From: a virus
Direction: 5' to 3' (one strand)
Virus record (IMG/VR): IMGVR_UViG_3300005662_000024
DNA: 64,000 bases
The notes beneath the pieces are model-generated. The model ran no database searches and was not told the DNA's origin. It saw nothing but the letters and a program-made list of their open reading frames with translations. Numbering within the stretch: position 1 is the first letter of the stretch; every line of letters begins with the position of its first letter. The position numbers and the translations under genes were made by a program. Positions 13,548-24,686 of the stretch are shown here, piece by piece.

Positions 13548-15878
13548 ATGTCTAATAATCTAGATAAAAACTTAGGACCTAACTTTTCAATGGATATTTC
13601 TGACACTGATACAACTTTATCTTTTGTTCAAAAATTTCATTCTCAAGCATATCCTGATAATGAAGTTTTAGTAAAAAATACATCTGCGTCAGAAAAAGGT
13701 TATGAAGATAGAGGCTTAGTTTCTCATACTGTTGAAAGTATAATGTCTGGTAATGCACTCTATAGAGATCCAAGCATCCCATTAGTCGCATACAATAGAT
13801 TAACTTCTTCATCTTTAGACAGTCAATTGGCTTTTGCTGCAGATTACGCAGCCAATAATGGAGATAAAAATGTTCCAGATGAGCAAAAGTTTAGTTTCCC
13901 TAATCCAACTTATACAGGGAAAAAAGATGATCAAAGATTTGTTACTGGTCAAGGCGCGTTCGAATCAGCAGTAGCTTCTAGTGTTTTAGGAACCTCTTAT
14001 GCTCCTGGTTATTTTCAGCAGAAAGCTGAATCTTATAAATATTTGATGAAAAATAACACAGAATTTGATAATGGAGAAGATTCTTTTCCTGATGGAGAAC
14101 CATATTCAATAGACCCTGATGCAACTAGTCTTGGTTCAGCGGTTAATGGTTTTCCAGCAGCTTTTGTTGGAGATCTTAATCAAGAACAAAAAAAGGTTTA
14201 TGAAGATTTAATTTTTAAATTGAACTCTAATGGAAATATAGAAGTATCAGGTAAGGCACAAATATTCTATATTAACGCAAACGCAAAAGATAAAAAAACA
14301 TTATCCGAATACAACGATTATGGCTATTCGGATGGAACAACTAGAAAATTAAAAACTGTAGAAAAGTTTCTTGACCTACCTGATGATAACACTTCTGCAT
14401 TCTACCCATCACTAAGCCTGATGCTCTGCCTGCTAGAGTTAACTTCGTCTAATGGTATATATTTATCTGGTGGATTTGGGACCCACAGGGGAAGTAACCT
14501 AGTGCAAGCATTTATGACAAATATGGATCAATCAACTCTATCTGTTACTGATCACGCCTTCGGCAGGGGCTTTGATATCATGCTTATTGGATCGACAAAA
14601 GATAGTAGAAAAAATTTAGAATCTTTAATAAGTAAACCAATAGAATGGAAAGAGCAGTTTGAAGTATTCCTTTCTAAGCTGTCATCATTGCCAGTTTACT
14701 TGCAGCCTGATTCAATTGTTTTTGGAAGAGAATGCTTTATGCAGTATCTTAATCCAGAAGACGATCCCAATAGATCAAAAATAAAAGAAATATTATTAAA
14801 TAAATTTCCTGGATTAGGAAAACATATTAGTTTTGGAACAGACAAAGAAGGTAGCACACATTCTAATCACGTGCACATGAGTTTTGGCTGGTCAAGAGCT
14901 GGTAATCCAAACTCTATGTTGCAGACAGGAAATTCTGACGCACCACCTACAGACATAGTTACTGGAACTTCTCCTATAGCAATAGATGAAAAAACTAAAA
15001 ATGAATACCTCCAAATTGGAACTAAAAACTATGAAGGAGATAATCAATCTTCTATAGAGCCTAAAAAAATGGCTGATTTACTTGTAGCAACTGGATTATA
15101 TAATATAGAAGAAATAGCAACCATAGTTGGCATTATGAAAAGGGAAAGCAGTATTAGGCCAGGAGCATGGAACACCGCAGGAGCAATGGGACTAATGCAA
15201 ATTGTATTTAATGATGGAACTGGTTGGGAAGATGAAAAGCTGCCAGTTCCGTATGGAAACTCTGTAAATAAGAAAAACGGTACAATTACAGGATATCTAT
15301 TAAGAAATAAAAACTATACTTCGGATCAAGCATCTAAAGGAAAACAATGGAATGTAACAACTGTTGATAATATTTTTTGGTATCCAATAAACCAAATATC
15401 AATAATGGCCTATCAGATGAAGGTATATTATAGTCAAGAAAAATACAAAGACGCAGGACAAAGAAAGTCTTCAGAATCAAAAACATTATGGTCTAACTGG
15501 GGAGATGGACCATGGGGTCGAGGCAGTAACCAAATGCCGTATGGAGTGTTATCTAGTGTAAGTAGAGATACTGTTAAGCTAGTTTATGAATATCTAGGCG
15601 GAAACTGGGCAACGGATTTTTTTAGCTGGGGAGCAGTTGCCCTAGTTGATGAAACGACTCAAATAAAAAGGCCGATAAATGATGCTGCAACACAGGCATT
15701 GGCCATAAAAGATGAGGATGGTAATATAAAATCTTGGAAAGGAGCTCCGTATAGAAATTATTTTGATTATTATTTATGGTTTATTGGACCAGAAAAAATA
15801 CTAAAAGGAAACTCCCCAAGACTTCACTATCCAAAAACATTAGCTGAAGTTAATTCTATTATATCTTCATCCCGTTAA
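13548..15878 (+). CDS. virion-associated peptidoglycan hydrolase (M15-like Zn peptidase plus lytic transglycosylase-like domain)
   Basis: DHAFGRGFD...HSNHVH (H-x6-D...HxH), then RES...GAMGLMQI (SLT-like catalytic Glu and GLMQ motif). Confidence 0.65.
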   Translation: MSNNLDKNLGPNFSMDISDTDTTLSFVQKFHSQAYPDNEVLVKNTSASEKGYEDRGLVSHTVESIMSGNALYRDPSIPLVAYNRLTSSSLDSQLAFAADYAANNGDKNVPDEQKFSFPNPTYTGKKDDQRFVTGQGAFESAVASSVLGTSYAPGYFQQKAESYKYLMKNNTEFDNGEDSFPDGEPYSIDPDATSLGSAVNGFPAAFVGDLNQEQKKVYEDLIFKLNSNGNIEVSGKAQIFYINANAKDKKTLSEYNDYGYSDGTTRKLKTVEKFLDLPDDNTSAFYPSLSLMLCLLELTSSNGIYLSGGFGTHRGSNLVQAFMTNMDQSTLSVTDHAFGRGFDIMLIGSTKDSRKNLESLISKPIEWKEQFEVFLSKLSSLPVYLQPDSIVFGRECFMQYLNPEDDPNRSKIKEILLNKFPGLGKHISFGTDKEGSTHSNHVHMSFGWSRAGNPNSMLQTGNSDAPPTDIVTGTSPIAIDEKTKNEYLQIGTKNYEGDNQSSIEPKKMADLLVATGLYNIEEIATIVGIMKRESSIRPGAWNTAGAMGLMQIVFNDGTGWEDEKLPVPYGNSVNKKNGTITGYLLRNKNYTSDQASKGKQWNVTTVDNIFWYPINQISIMAYQMKVYYSQEKYKDAGQRKSSESKTLWSNWGDGPWGRGSNQMPYGVLSSVSRDTVKLVYEYLGGNWATDFFSWGAVALVDETTQIKRPINDAATQALAIKDEDGNIKSWKGAPYRNYFDYYLWFIGPEKILKGNSPRLHYPKTLAEVNSIISSSR

Positions 15879-15889
15879 AGGCAGGAAAA

Positions 15890-16256
15890 ATGGCAAGTAA
15901 ATATCCAAAATTTGATAAAAAAATAGATGAAATGATATCTGTCTCTGAAATGCAGAGGCAGAAAACAAGAATTGGAGTTATAGCCTCTTATGATAAGAGA
16001 ACTAATACAGCTAGAGTTTTACTTGAGGATAGGTTTTCTGATCAAATAACCGATGTACTAACTGGAGTTTCTTGTCCAATGATACAGCGGAATTCAAAAT
16101 GTTGCACCAGAGACTGGAACACGATGCCTAGTGGCATTTAGGGATTCAAATGAAAGAATGCCGTACATACTTTCCTTTTATAATTCTCCAAATGATACAA
16201 CTCCAATAACTTATAATAATATTTCCTATTCGGGAATACCGAGGTTTATGATCTAA
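15890..16256 (+). CDS. baseplate spike/gpV-like protein (~121 aa); +1 shift at CGGA 16088-16091
   Basis: N-terminus IGVIASYD..TNTARVLL. After skipping C16088 it reads GIQNVAPETGTRCLVAFRDSNERMPYIL...FMI*, a G...P..G..xLV.F OB-fold pattern, stopping 1 nt before the next ATG. Confidence 0.7.
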
Positions 16257-16257
16257 A

Positions 16258-16926
16258 ATGATTGAAAAAAAATACTTTAAAAAACCAGTATTTCAAGAGT
16301 CTGGTCCATCAATTGAAAATCTTCAATCTGATTATGTTTTTCGTAAAAGAAATGAATTTTCAAGAAGAGAAGTTGGGTTAAACCATCCAGATACTCTATC
16401 TTTTATAAAGTTAAACGACGCTGGAGATATAGAAATAATGGCAAGTCCAGGAGTTGGTATTATAATCAGCGCTGCTACTAGATCTATCAGCCTTTTTGCT
16501 GATACCTTTAAAATATATACAACTGAAGATGACGGCATAAGATGGAATAAATACGCATTTAATTACGCCGGTACCGACTTTACAGAGCCATTTTTGGTTT
16601 CTTTAAAAGACTTCCAAAAAAGCCCCGCCTATCATAATTATGAAGAAAAAATAGGAAAAATAGAAGCTTTAAAAAATATAACAAACGATAATAGTATTAC
16701 TATTAATACAGAATATGAATACAAAGTACCATCGATTAAAAAAACAATTACTTTAAAAACAATTGATGGTTATGAAAATTATATTTCTGAAGATCATTTA
16801 AATTTATTAAAAGAACTTTCAAAAGAAAAAACATCTGATTTTATAGATTACATGAAAGAACTTTTATACAATGGATATACTTTTAATCAAGCTAAAATAA
16901 AAGCAGAAAGAGATATTAAGTCGTAA
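16258..16926 (+). CDS. hypothetical baseplate-region protein (222 aa)
   Basis: ORF between the spike-like and gp25-like genes. Confidence 0.55.
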   Translation: MIEKKYFKKPVFQESGPSIENLQSDYVFRKRNEFSRREVGLNHPDTLSFIKLNDAGDIEIMASPGVGIIISAATRSISLFADTFKIYTTEDDGIRWNKYAFNYAGTDFTEPFLVSLKDFQKSPAYHNYEEKIGKIEALKNITNDNSITINTEYEYKVPSIKKTITLKTIDGYENYISEDHLNLLKELSKEKTSDFIDYMKELLYNGYTFNQAKIKAERDIKS

Positions 16927-16927
16927 A

Positions 16928-17303
16928 ATGTCTGACCTATACCTAACCTTTGATGGAGACTTAAAAATGTCTTCCAATAAAGATATATCCTTAGTTTCTT
17001 CGCCTGCACAGAATGATGTGCAGCAGATATATATAAGGCTCATGACAGAGCCTGGAGATTTTCACGTATATCCACAACTTGGTACAGCTCTATCAAAACT
17101 ATACCGGAATGCCTCAAGACCCAGCAACAGCAGAGTATGGTAAAATGTTAATTAGATCAGCTTTAAATAAAGAGGGAATTTTTTCTGGAAGAAATATTCA
17201 AATATCAGCAGTACCGACAGCTCCAGATTCCATAAGGTTTGATGTTAAATTAATAACAAGCTATGGAGAACCAGTTACTCTTTCAATTAGTCAAAATATT
17301 TAA
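16928..17303 (+). CDS. gp25/W-like baseplate wedge protein (~124 aa); +1 shift at CGGA 17105-17108
   Basis: MSDLYLT.DGDL...RLMTEPGD...YPQLGTAL..LY/GMPQDP...IRSAL is typical of gp25-like proteins; it precedes the baseplate J-like gene. Confidence 0.75.
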
Positions 17304-17311
17304 GGATAAAA

Positions 17312-18478
17312 ATGGCCATAATATATACAAAAACAAAAACAGAGATACTTGATCAAATTTTAAATTCCCTGGAAAAGAACGCAGGTATAACTTCTACTTC
17401 TCCTGGGTCAATCGCTAGAGCTTTTGCTGAGGCAATGTCTGACCAAATTGGTGATTTATATACTATATTAAAATATAATGTAGATCAAACTATGATAAGT
17501 ACAGCTTCTGGTAGAAATCTAGATTTAATAGGAGAGTTGTATTCTGTTCCAAGAAAATTTGTTTCACAACAAGTAGCTGAAGATAGAAATATTGCAAACA
17601 TACTTTTTGCAATTTCAAAACCATACAGTAAAGATATAGTTATACCAAAAGATACTTTAATTTATAATGACATTAGTTCAACTTCTTCTTTACAATTTCA
17701 GTATAAACTAGTTGGAGACGTTGTAATTGCTTCTGGTTCTACTAGGGCTTACGGTCAGGTAAGCGCAGCTTTTTCAGATAGAACATATACAGCTGCTATA
17801 GGAAGTCTTACAAAGCACAATTTTATATCTCCTCCTGGAGTTATTCTTTCTGTTAATAATATTAAAGAAGTAACAAATCAAATTGACTATGAAAGCGATG
17901 ATTCTTATAGAAAGAGAATTATTAGATCAATCAAGGCAAATACTTCTGGAACAGCTGAAGCAATAAGGTTATCAGCCCTTTCGGTAAGAGGGGTAAGAGA
18001 TATTCGAATAAGAGAAGGGTCCTTTGGAATGGGTTCCTGCGATGTTATAATAGTCCCAGAGTCTCCATCATATGCAGCATCACTAGATCAATCTGTTGCA
18101 CAAGAGCTCCAAAGAGTTAAGCCCATAGGAATAAGGATGAACGTAAGAGTGGCGCAAAGGGTGCCAGTTTCAGTATCTGCCAATATACTTTTAGCCGCTG
18201 GTTCAAGTCAGTTATTAAACAATGGAGTCGCCAATCAGTCCGCTTACTTTGCTAAAAGATATTTAAACTCATTTACAATTGGGGATACATTAAACATAGA
18301 TGCGTTAAAATCTCAAATAATGTCTGCTTCTGACCTTATCTCAGATGTCGTAATAAATTCCGTATCAGTTAATGGAGTAGAAATTCCAAAAGAAAATTAT
18401 CAACTACCAACAGAAAGATCTTATCTTGTAGCAGGAATTGTTGAAATATATCCTGCTATAATAGGATACACTCAATAA
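17312..18478 (+). CDS. baseplate J-like wedge protein
   Basis: PGSIARA, TASGRNLDLIG, ESDDSYRKRI and SGT..AI motifs. Confidence 0.85.
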   Translation: MAIIYTKTKTEILDQILNSLEKNAGITSTSPGSIARAFAEAMSDQIGDLYTILKYNVDQTMISTASGRNLDLIGELYSVPRKFVSQQVAEDRNIANILFAISKPYSKDIVIPKDTLIYNDISSTSSLQFQYKLVGDVVIASGSTRAYGQVSAAFSDRTYTAAIGSLTKHNFISPPGVILSVNNIKEVTNQIDYESDDSYRKRIIRSIKANTSGTAEAIRLSALSVRGVRDIRIREGSFGMGSCDVIIVPESPSYAASLDQSVAQELQRVKPIGIRMNVRVAQRVPVSVSANILLAAGSSQLLNNGVANQSAYFAKRYLNSFTIGDTLNIDALKSQIMSASDLISDVVINSVSVNGVEIPKENYQLPTERSYLVAGIVEIYPAIIGYTQ

Positions 18479-18486
18479 AAAAGCAG

Positions 18487-19746
18487 GTGAAAATGTCGGT
18501 AGAATCATATTATGTAGTTAAGACTACGTCTATAGTTAAAGCTACAAACAAGACTAAGGCTAAATCCATATTGGTTGGAGAAGAGTCACATGGTGAAATT
18601 CTGGCTCAAAAAGTTGAAGTCGAAAGAAAAGATCAAGATGGAATTGCAGAGCTAGTATCTAAATTAGATAATGATTTCCCAGTACAAGAAGATGAAGATG
18701 TTGAAGAAGAAAATGGAAACAGCTATTCTTCATACTTAACAGTTAATGAGGATATCGTAAATTTTCTTAGATCAGAAAATAAAAGATTAATTAAATTAGT
18801 TGAAAAAAACAAAAACGTAAAAGATGAAGCAGTATATTCTGTTTACCAAGCTGCATACGACGCATTCGGTAGTTTTGAACTACCTTCAATAAAAAGAGTT
18901 AACTATTCAAAAACAAAAGGTGTACCAGAAACAGCAGTAGCAGTATTTGCTGACTGGCAACTAGGCAAGGTGACTCCAAGTTATAATAGCGATATCTTAG
19001 CAAAGAGAATAGAACTCTATACGGAGAAGCTATTAGAAATAACAGAGATACAAAGAGCGCATCACCCAGTTGATGATTTACATGTTTGGCTTTTAGGCGA
19101 TATAGTTGAAGGTGAAGAAATCTTCCCTGGGCAAAGTCATTTAATTGATTCAGGTTTATATAGACAAGTTGGAGTAAATGGGCCAGAAATTTTGACTACA
19201 TTTATAAATACATGTTTACAAAACTTTGATAATATTCATATAACCGGAGTTATAGGAAACCATGGTTCTGTTGGTGGTAGAGCTAGAAAGCAGCACGATC
19301 CAGAGACAAATATGGATAGACTTTTGTATAAGATTATTCAATTAATATACTCAAAAGAAAAAAGAGTTTCCTTTAATATTCCAGACGGAAGAGGGGAAAG
19401 AAATTTCTACGCCATAGATACTATAGGAGACTACAGTAGTCTTTTAATACATGGTGACCAAATGCCTTCTCCTGGACAGTTCTATGGTTACTATAAGAAA
19501 GTAATGGGATGGAAAGACGAAGCCATTCCAGAAAATTTTGAAGATGTGTACATGGGTCACTACCATCAAAAGTTTAAAATGACAATAGGTAGTAGTACAT
19601 TAAGAATATCTGGTTCTCCAGAAAGTCACAACACGTATGCTCAAGAATACTTTAATTCTATGAGCAGACCATGCCAAGATCTTTTGTATGTTCATCCAAA
19701 AAATGGAATAACTTCGGAGTACACAATCTGGTTAGACGCAGTATAG
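18487..19746 (+). CDS. calcineurin-like metallophosphoesterase with acidic/coiled-coil N-terminus
   Basis: Metal-binding motifs DWQLG, GDIVEG, GNHG, HGD and GHYH in canonical order. Confidence 0.8.
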   Translation: MKMSVESYYVVKTTSIVKATNKTKAKSILVGEESHGEILAQKVEVERKDQDGIAELVSKLDNDFPVQEDEDVEEENGNSYSSYLTVNEDIVNFLRSENKRLIKLVEKNKNVKDEAVYSVYQAAYDAFGSFELPSIKRVNYSKTKGVPETAVAVFADWQLGKVTPSYNSDILAKRIELYTEKLLEITEIQRAHHPVDDLHVWLLGDIVEGEEIFPGQSHLIDSGLYRQVGVNGPEILTTFINTCLQNFDNIHITGVIGNHGSVGGRARKQHDPETNMDRLLYKIIQLIYSKEKRVSFNIPDGRGERNFYAIDTIGDYSSLLIHGDQMPSPGQFYGYYKKVMGWKDEAIPENFEDVYMGHYHQKFKMTIGSSTLRISGSPESHNTYAQEYFNSMSRPCQDLLYVHPKNGITSEYTIWLDAV

Positions 19747-19761
19747 TCAATAGGGGCTTAG

Positions 19762-22700
19762 ATGAAAAGATATGTTCTAACATTAGCAAATCTACACTTT
19801 ACCAAAACTGGTAAGGTTTGGACATCTGAGCCCATTGACCTATACGATAACTCAAGCTACGTAAACTATTCAACGCTAAGGTCTAGATATGGTTTAAATA
19901 GCTTAGGTGATCGGAACCTTTGTTGGAAATACAGAGCTTAGCGCAACACCAACCCTATCAAACTCAGTATCAATAACTGAATTTGGTGAGATAGTTGATG
20001 ATAAAGATTTTATATTAGAATACATATATGAAGAAGGCGAACAGACTTCTGAGTATATAATTTATTCTTTTGAAATAGGGCCAGATGGCTATTATGTACT
20101 AACTCCTATAAACAAAACAACTCCATTATTAAGATTTGTAGATACATCTTCTAGAGTAGATCTTATTTCTTATAAGGGAACATTTTTTAATTCACCTTCA
20201 TCATATCCAATTGAATACACTATACAGGTTTATGAGTCAGATGATTTTCTAGATTCAGATAATCCATTATGGATTCCTAATGAAGTTTCTGGTCTTACTG
20301 AATATTTATTTATTCAAAGATCAAAAAGATTTGTAAAGTTTGAAATAGAATTTTTCAGTGATTTACCAGACCAGTATTTTAATTCTGATATATATAGGAT
20401 TATTCAACCAACAGGCCAGAATGAAGATGGACTATATATATATGATTTTTCAGAGGATCAAGATGGTTCTATAGTTTTTGTTACTGAACTTCAAGAGCTT
20501 ACACCTATAGAATTCCTTCTTCTTGTAGAGATTCAAATAGCAGAAGCTTCTCCACCAAACATAACAAATTCAACAAAAGACATATTAAAAAAGTTTCCTT
20601 CTTGGACAAAAATATATGAAGACTCCTTAGATGATGCAACACCATCACTAGCTATTCCAGAAAGTTTTGCTGGAAAGTTTGTAAATGCCTTAATAGGAGA
20701 CAATCTAGATAAGATAGAATCACTTATAGATTATTTTAATTTATCTAAATCAATATCTGGCGCTAGCACTGATCAAATAACGTGGATATACTCTACAAAT
20801 AACTCTCCAGAGTTAGTGACTTCTGTTGTAGGGGATAATGTAAGCCTTTCTCCAATAACTCAATATTCAGATTTTATATCACATAACGTTGATGACTATG
20901 TATATTTTTATTCAATTGGAGATAGAACAGTATTTACGCTAAGGGCTTTTAAAGAACTTAAAATAAACAACATAGTTTATGAGCAAAATGAAACTCTTGT
21001 GTTTAATATGTTTGACGAATTTGGAGCAAGGGTTGGTCTTCCAAGGCTTAAGATGGAAGGGAATGAAAACTATAAGAAGAGAATTCTTGACGTTTACATA
21101 AATAAGCCAGGTCCTGATTTAGAATCATTTAAAAAGACAGTAAGAAGAGAGCTTGATTTATGGAGGGCCTTAGGTTCTACTCCTGATTCCTATTTTGGTG
21201 GAGCAACTCCGATAGTCTATGAAATGAGTGATCTTGAAAAACAAGAAAAATATTTTGATAAAAATGGAAATCCTACTGAGAAGTTTATAGAATTTGTTAA
21301 CATTCTTAATAAAGAATACCCAACAAACTGGGGATTTGTTCAGTGGTCAGATTTAATATGGGACTACGCTGGAAAGTTTTCAGAAGGCATAAGTAGGGTT
21401 CCATTTGTCTACGATGCTGAATTTGCTGAGTTGACACCAAAATACTATCAGCCAGGTGTTGGTGATTTATCTGATCTTAAATTATCAATTATGTCAAATA
21501 GTAAATTTGATTCAGATTTAGTTGTTTTTGATGAAAATTTTCAAGAAAACATATACGAAAAGCAAGCAACAATAAAAATATCAGGAATAGAAAAAAATGA
21601 AACAATAGATTCCTATGTTCCAATTAATGTAGATTTAGAATACTATACAGAATACCAACTACCGGTAGTACTTGGAGATGCAGCTACCATAAATTATGTA
21701 GTAGAAGTTGATGTAAATGGAGTAACATATTACACTAATATAACAGATTATTATAAAAATACTTATACAAATAATTTATTTAATAATTATGATGAATCTG
21801 GAATAAGAAAGATAATATCTCCAATAGATAATAGAACAAGTTCTGATTTAGTTTTTAGAAGAAAATCAAACAATGCAGTATATATCGACACTTCAGCAAC
21901 ACCAAACTTGGCAACAATTGATAGTGTAGATATATCAAGTGGAAGAATAATATATGGAAAATTTGAATACTCTTCAACTACTCCAAGATATGTTGTTTCT
22001 GGACATTCTTCTACTAATTCAAGCTGGATTTCTGTTCCAAATCAATCAAAAAAATATTCCACAAGTTATACCAATGAAAATTATGCAACACCAACCTATC
22101 CATACTTTACGGTAACGGGTCCAAATTCATATAGTTTTGAAGTAGCTTATGGTTCAAATATGTATCAGATAGGATTTGAAACATACAATACACCAACAAG
22201 ATATAAAACAATAACATTAAAATCTGAAATTAATGGATCAAATATATCAACACCAAACTATCAAGAATCTTTTAGTAATTTTATAGACCATATATACACT
22301 GTGCAAGCAGCAGCTACTCCAAAATATTTACACATAGAAAATATTAAACCAGACTTTGCCTACATAGATTCAAATTATGCTACTCCAAGCATCTCTCATG
22401 TAACAGGTTATGGTGGATATGCAAATCATCCACAGTATATAAGTGATTTATTGATACCAAATATTTTGGTTAGAAAAGATAACAATACTGGAGAGTTGTT
22501 CGCAACACCAAAATACGATATCTCATCTGGATCAGCAACACCAAATCAACTGTTCTTTTATTGGGATCCAAACTATTCTGTTATTCAAAATCAATATACA
22601 TTAAACGGAACTGCTCAAAAAAATTATCCATTTGACTTGGGAGATTGGTCATACTTTGAAGCAGAGCTAGCAACACCAATAACTTTTAAGTTATCAGAAA

Positions 22701-24670
22701 GAGGCGCTATATTATCATCTGATGATTTAAATACTTCAGAAATTTTATCTGATGTAATTTTATCAAGAAACGTTCATAGATACGAGTTTGACATGAACCA
22801 GTCAGCAACAGCAAATTACATTATTAATAATATTGAAGCAGTTAAGTTAGATGAAGATGATAATTCTTTTGAGATCTATACAGAAAAAAGATCAGTAAAG
22901 CCATATTATTCAATTAATCAAGAAGGAATTGGTAATATAAATAATGTAACATATCTTCCATCAAGATATTATGAGGAAAAATCTCAGGGCGAATATAACG
23001 ATTTATATATAGAAAATGTAACCATAAGATCTAGGTTAACTAATTTAGCAAATAGAGAAATAAAATCAGAAATAAATTCTGGTTGGTATTATAGAGATAA
23101 TGACGAATTCTATGTCTATGCAAGACCTATTACTGAGCTACATCATTTAGATATTAATTTATCTACACCAAATGAATCGGCTACCCCTACTATTATTCTT
23201 TCTGGAATATCTAGACAAGGTGCTCCTGTTATTGTTGAACCTGCAAGCTCTCCAAACTTAGAGCTAACTCAGATTTCTTTTCCTGATCAGTTTGATAATA
23301 CAAAGATTTCATTTATAAATGTAGAATATATTACTGCCAGGGATGAGTATAGTGTATATCTTGGTTATAATAATGTTTATGATGTAAATATATACGATCC
23401 AATATCAGATCAATACGTAATAGAAGACGCAGAGTCCACTGATAATGAAATTAATATTGTCTCAATCCCAGAAAATGGTCCTCCATTTATAATTGGAAGA
23501 GAATATAAAGTTTCTTATAAAGTAAGAAATACTTATTATGTTGATAATGAAAATTTAAATGAATTAAATAATTTATATACAAAGATAGTATTCAATAATA
23601 TCCCAACAAATGGAGCTACGGCTTTCTATGTTACTTATGAATCTTCCTTATTTGAAACATCAACTCCAACTGGATTAAATCATTCTCCAAGTAAGACTCT
23701 TCCAACTGGTGGATATATATATCTTGATGATGAAATTTATGACTATAGAAGCTTTACGGTAAATGTTAATCCTGGATCAATTTTAGATAATCCACAAAAA
23801 GACTATATTGTTGTTAGCATAGAAAGTTTTGATGCAAATGGTAATCCAAAACCATATCAAAAATACGAACTAGAATCTAGCCTTTTATCTTTTGATGAAA
23901 CAATTATAGAAACAGACATAGATGGCTTTGGTTACACAAAAGCAAGATACTCAGGAGCTACTCCATCTACCTACAATTATGGTACTCTTTTTGTAACCGG
24001 AATTGTTGACGATTATAGCTCTGCAAGTGATCAAGCAACAATAAACTATCAGATATTAAAGTCAGAATCCAATCAAGACAGCCTCAGTGCCGAGCCATCA
24101 AGTAGATTTATGGAAGCTAATGGAGAAAGCACTATTTACATAAACGGTCAATTGAATTCAAAGACTAAAGATATTTCAAATGTATATGTATATTATAGAA
24201 AAGCTAGAACTGTTAGTGAAATATTTGAAATTAGCGAATACAATTATGTTATGACAGATTCCAATGGTTCTTTTAGGGTTGGTCCAATAACAGCTCAAGA
24301 AATAGAAAATTCAGGATACTGGTATATGGCCTTAGAAACAGAATATAGTTCAACTCTTTCTGGTTCACCCGTTACTATATCAGGTGATATTGTTAGTTGG
24401 TTCGAAGACTCAAATGACGTTATTTTAAACGCCTCAGAAAGAAGGCTGCCTATCCAGGACAGTTACGATGCTGATGACTTTGCCGAGTTTAAGTCTACTC
24501 CAGTTTTTAAAGTAAATTATATAACAGGAAATCCAGAAACTCCAACAGCAACACCAAACATAGAGCTACCTAAATGGTTTAGAATACCAAGATATACTCA
24601 ATATCAAATGGGAATACTGGGAAATCAGTATTATTTTGTAGACAATAACAAGAACTTTTATCCAAGTTAA
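19762..24670 (+). CDS. large baseplate/tail structural protein (~1635 aa) with repeated A-T-P motifs; +1 shift at CGGA 19912-19915
   Basis: ATG 19762 with AGGGG RBS. 50 codons (MKRYVLTL...SLGD), then CGG; the +1 frame GTFVGNTE joins ORF 19907..24670. Contains FDEFGARVGLPRL..E.NENYKKRI, a wedge-like segment. Confidence 0.7.
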
Positions 24671-24686
24671 AGTATAATGGAATAAT

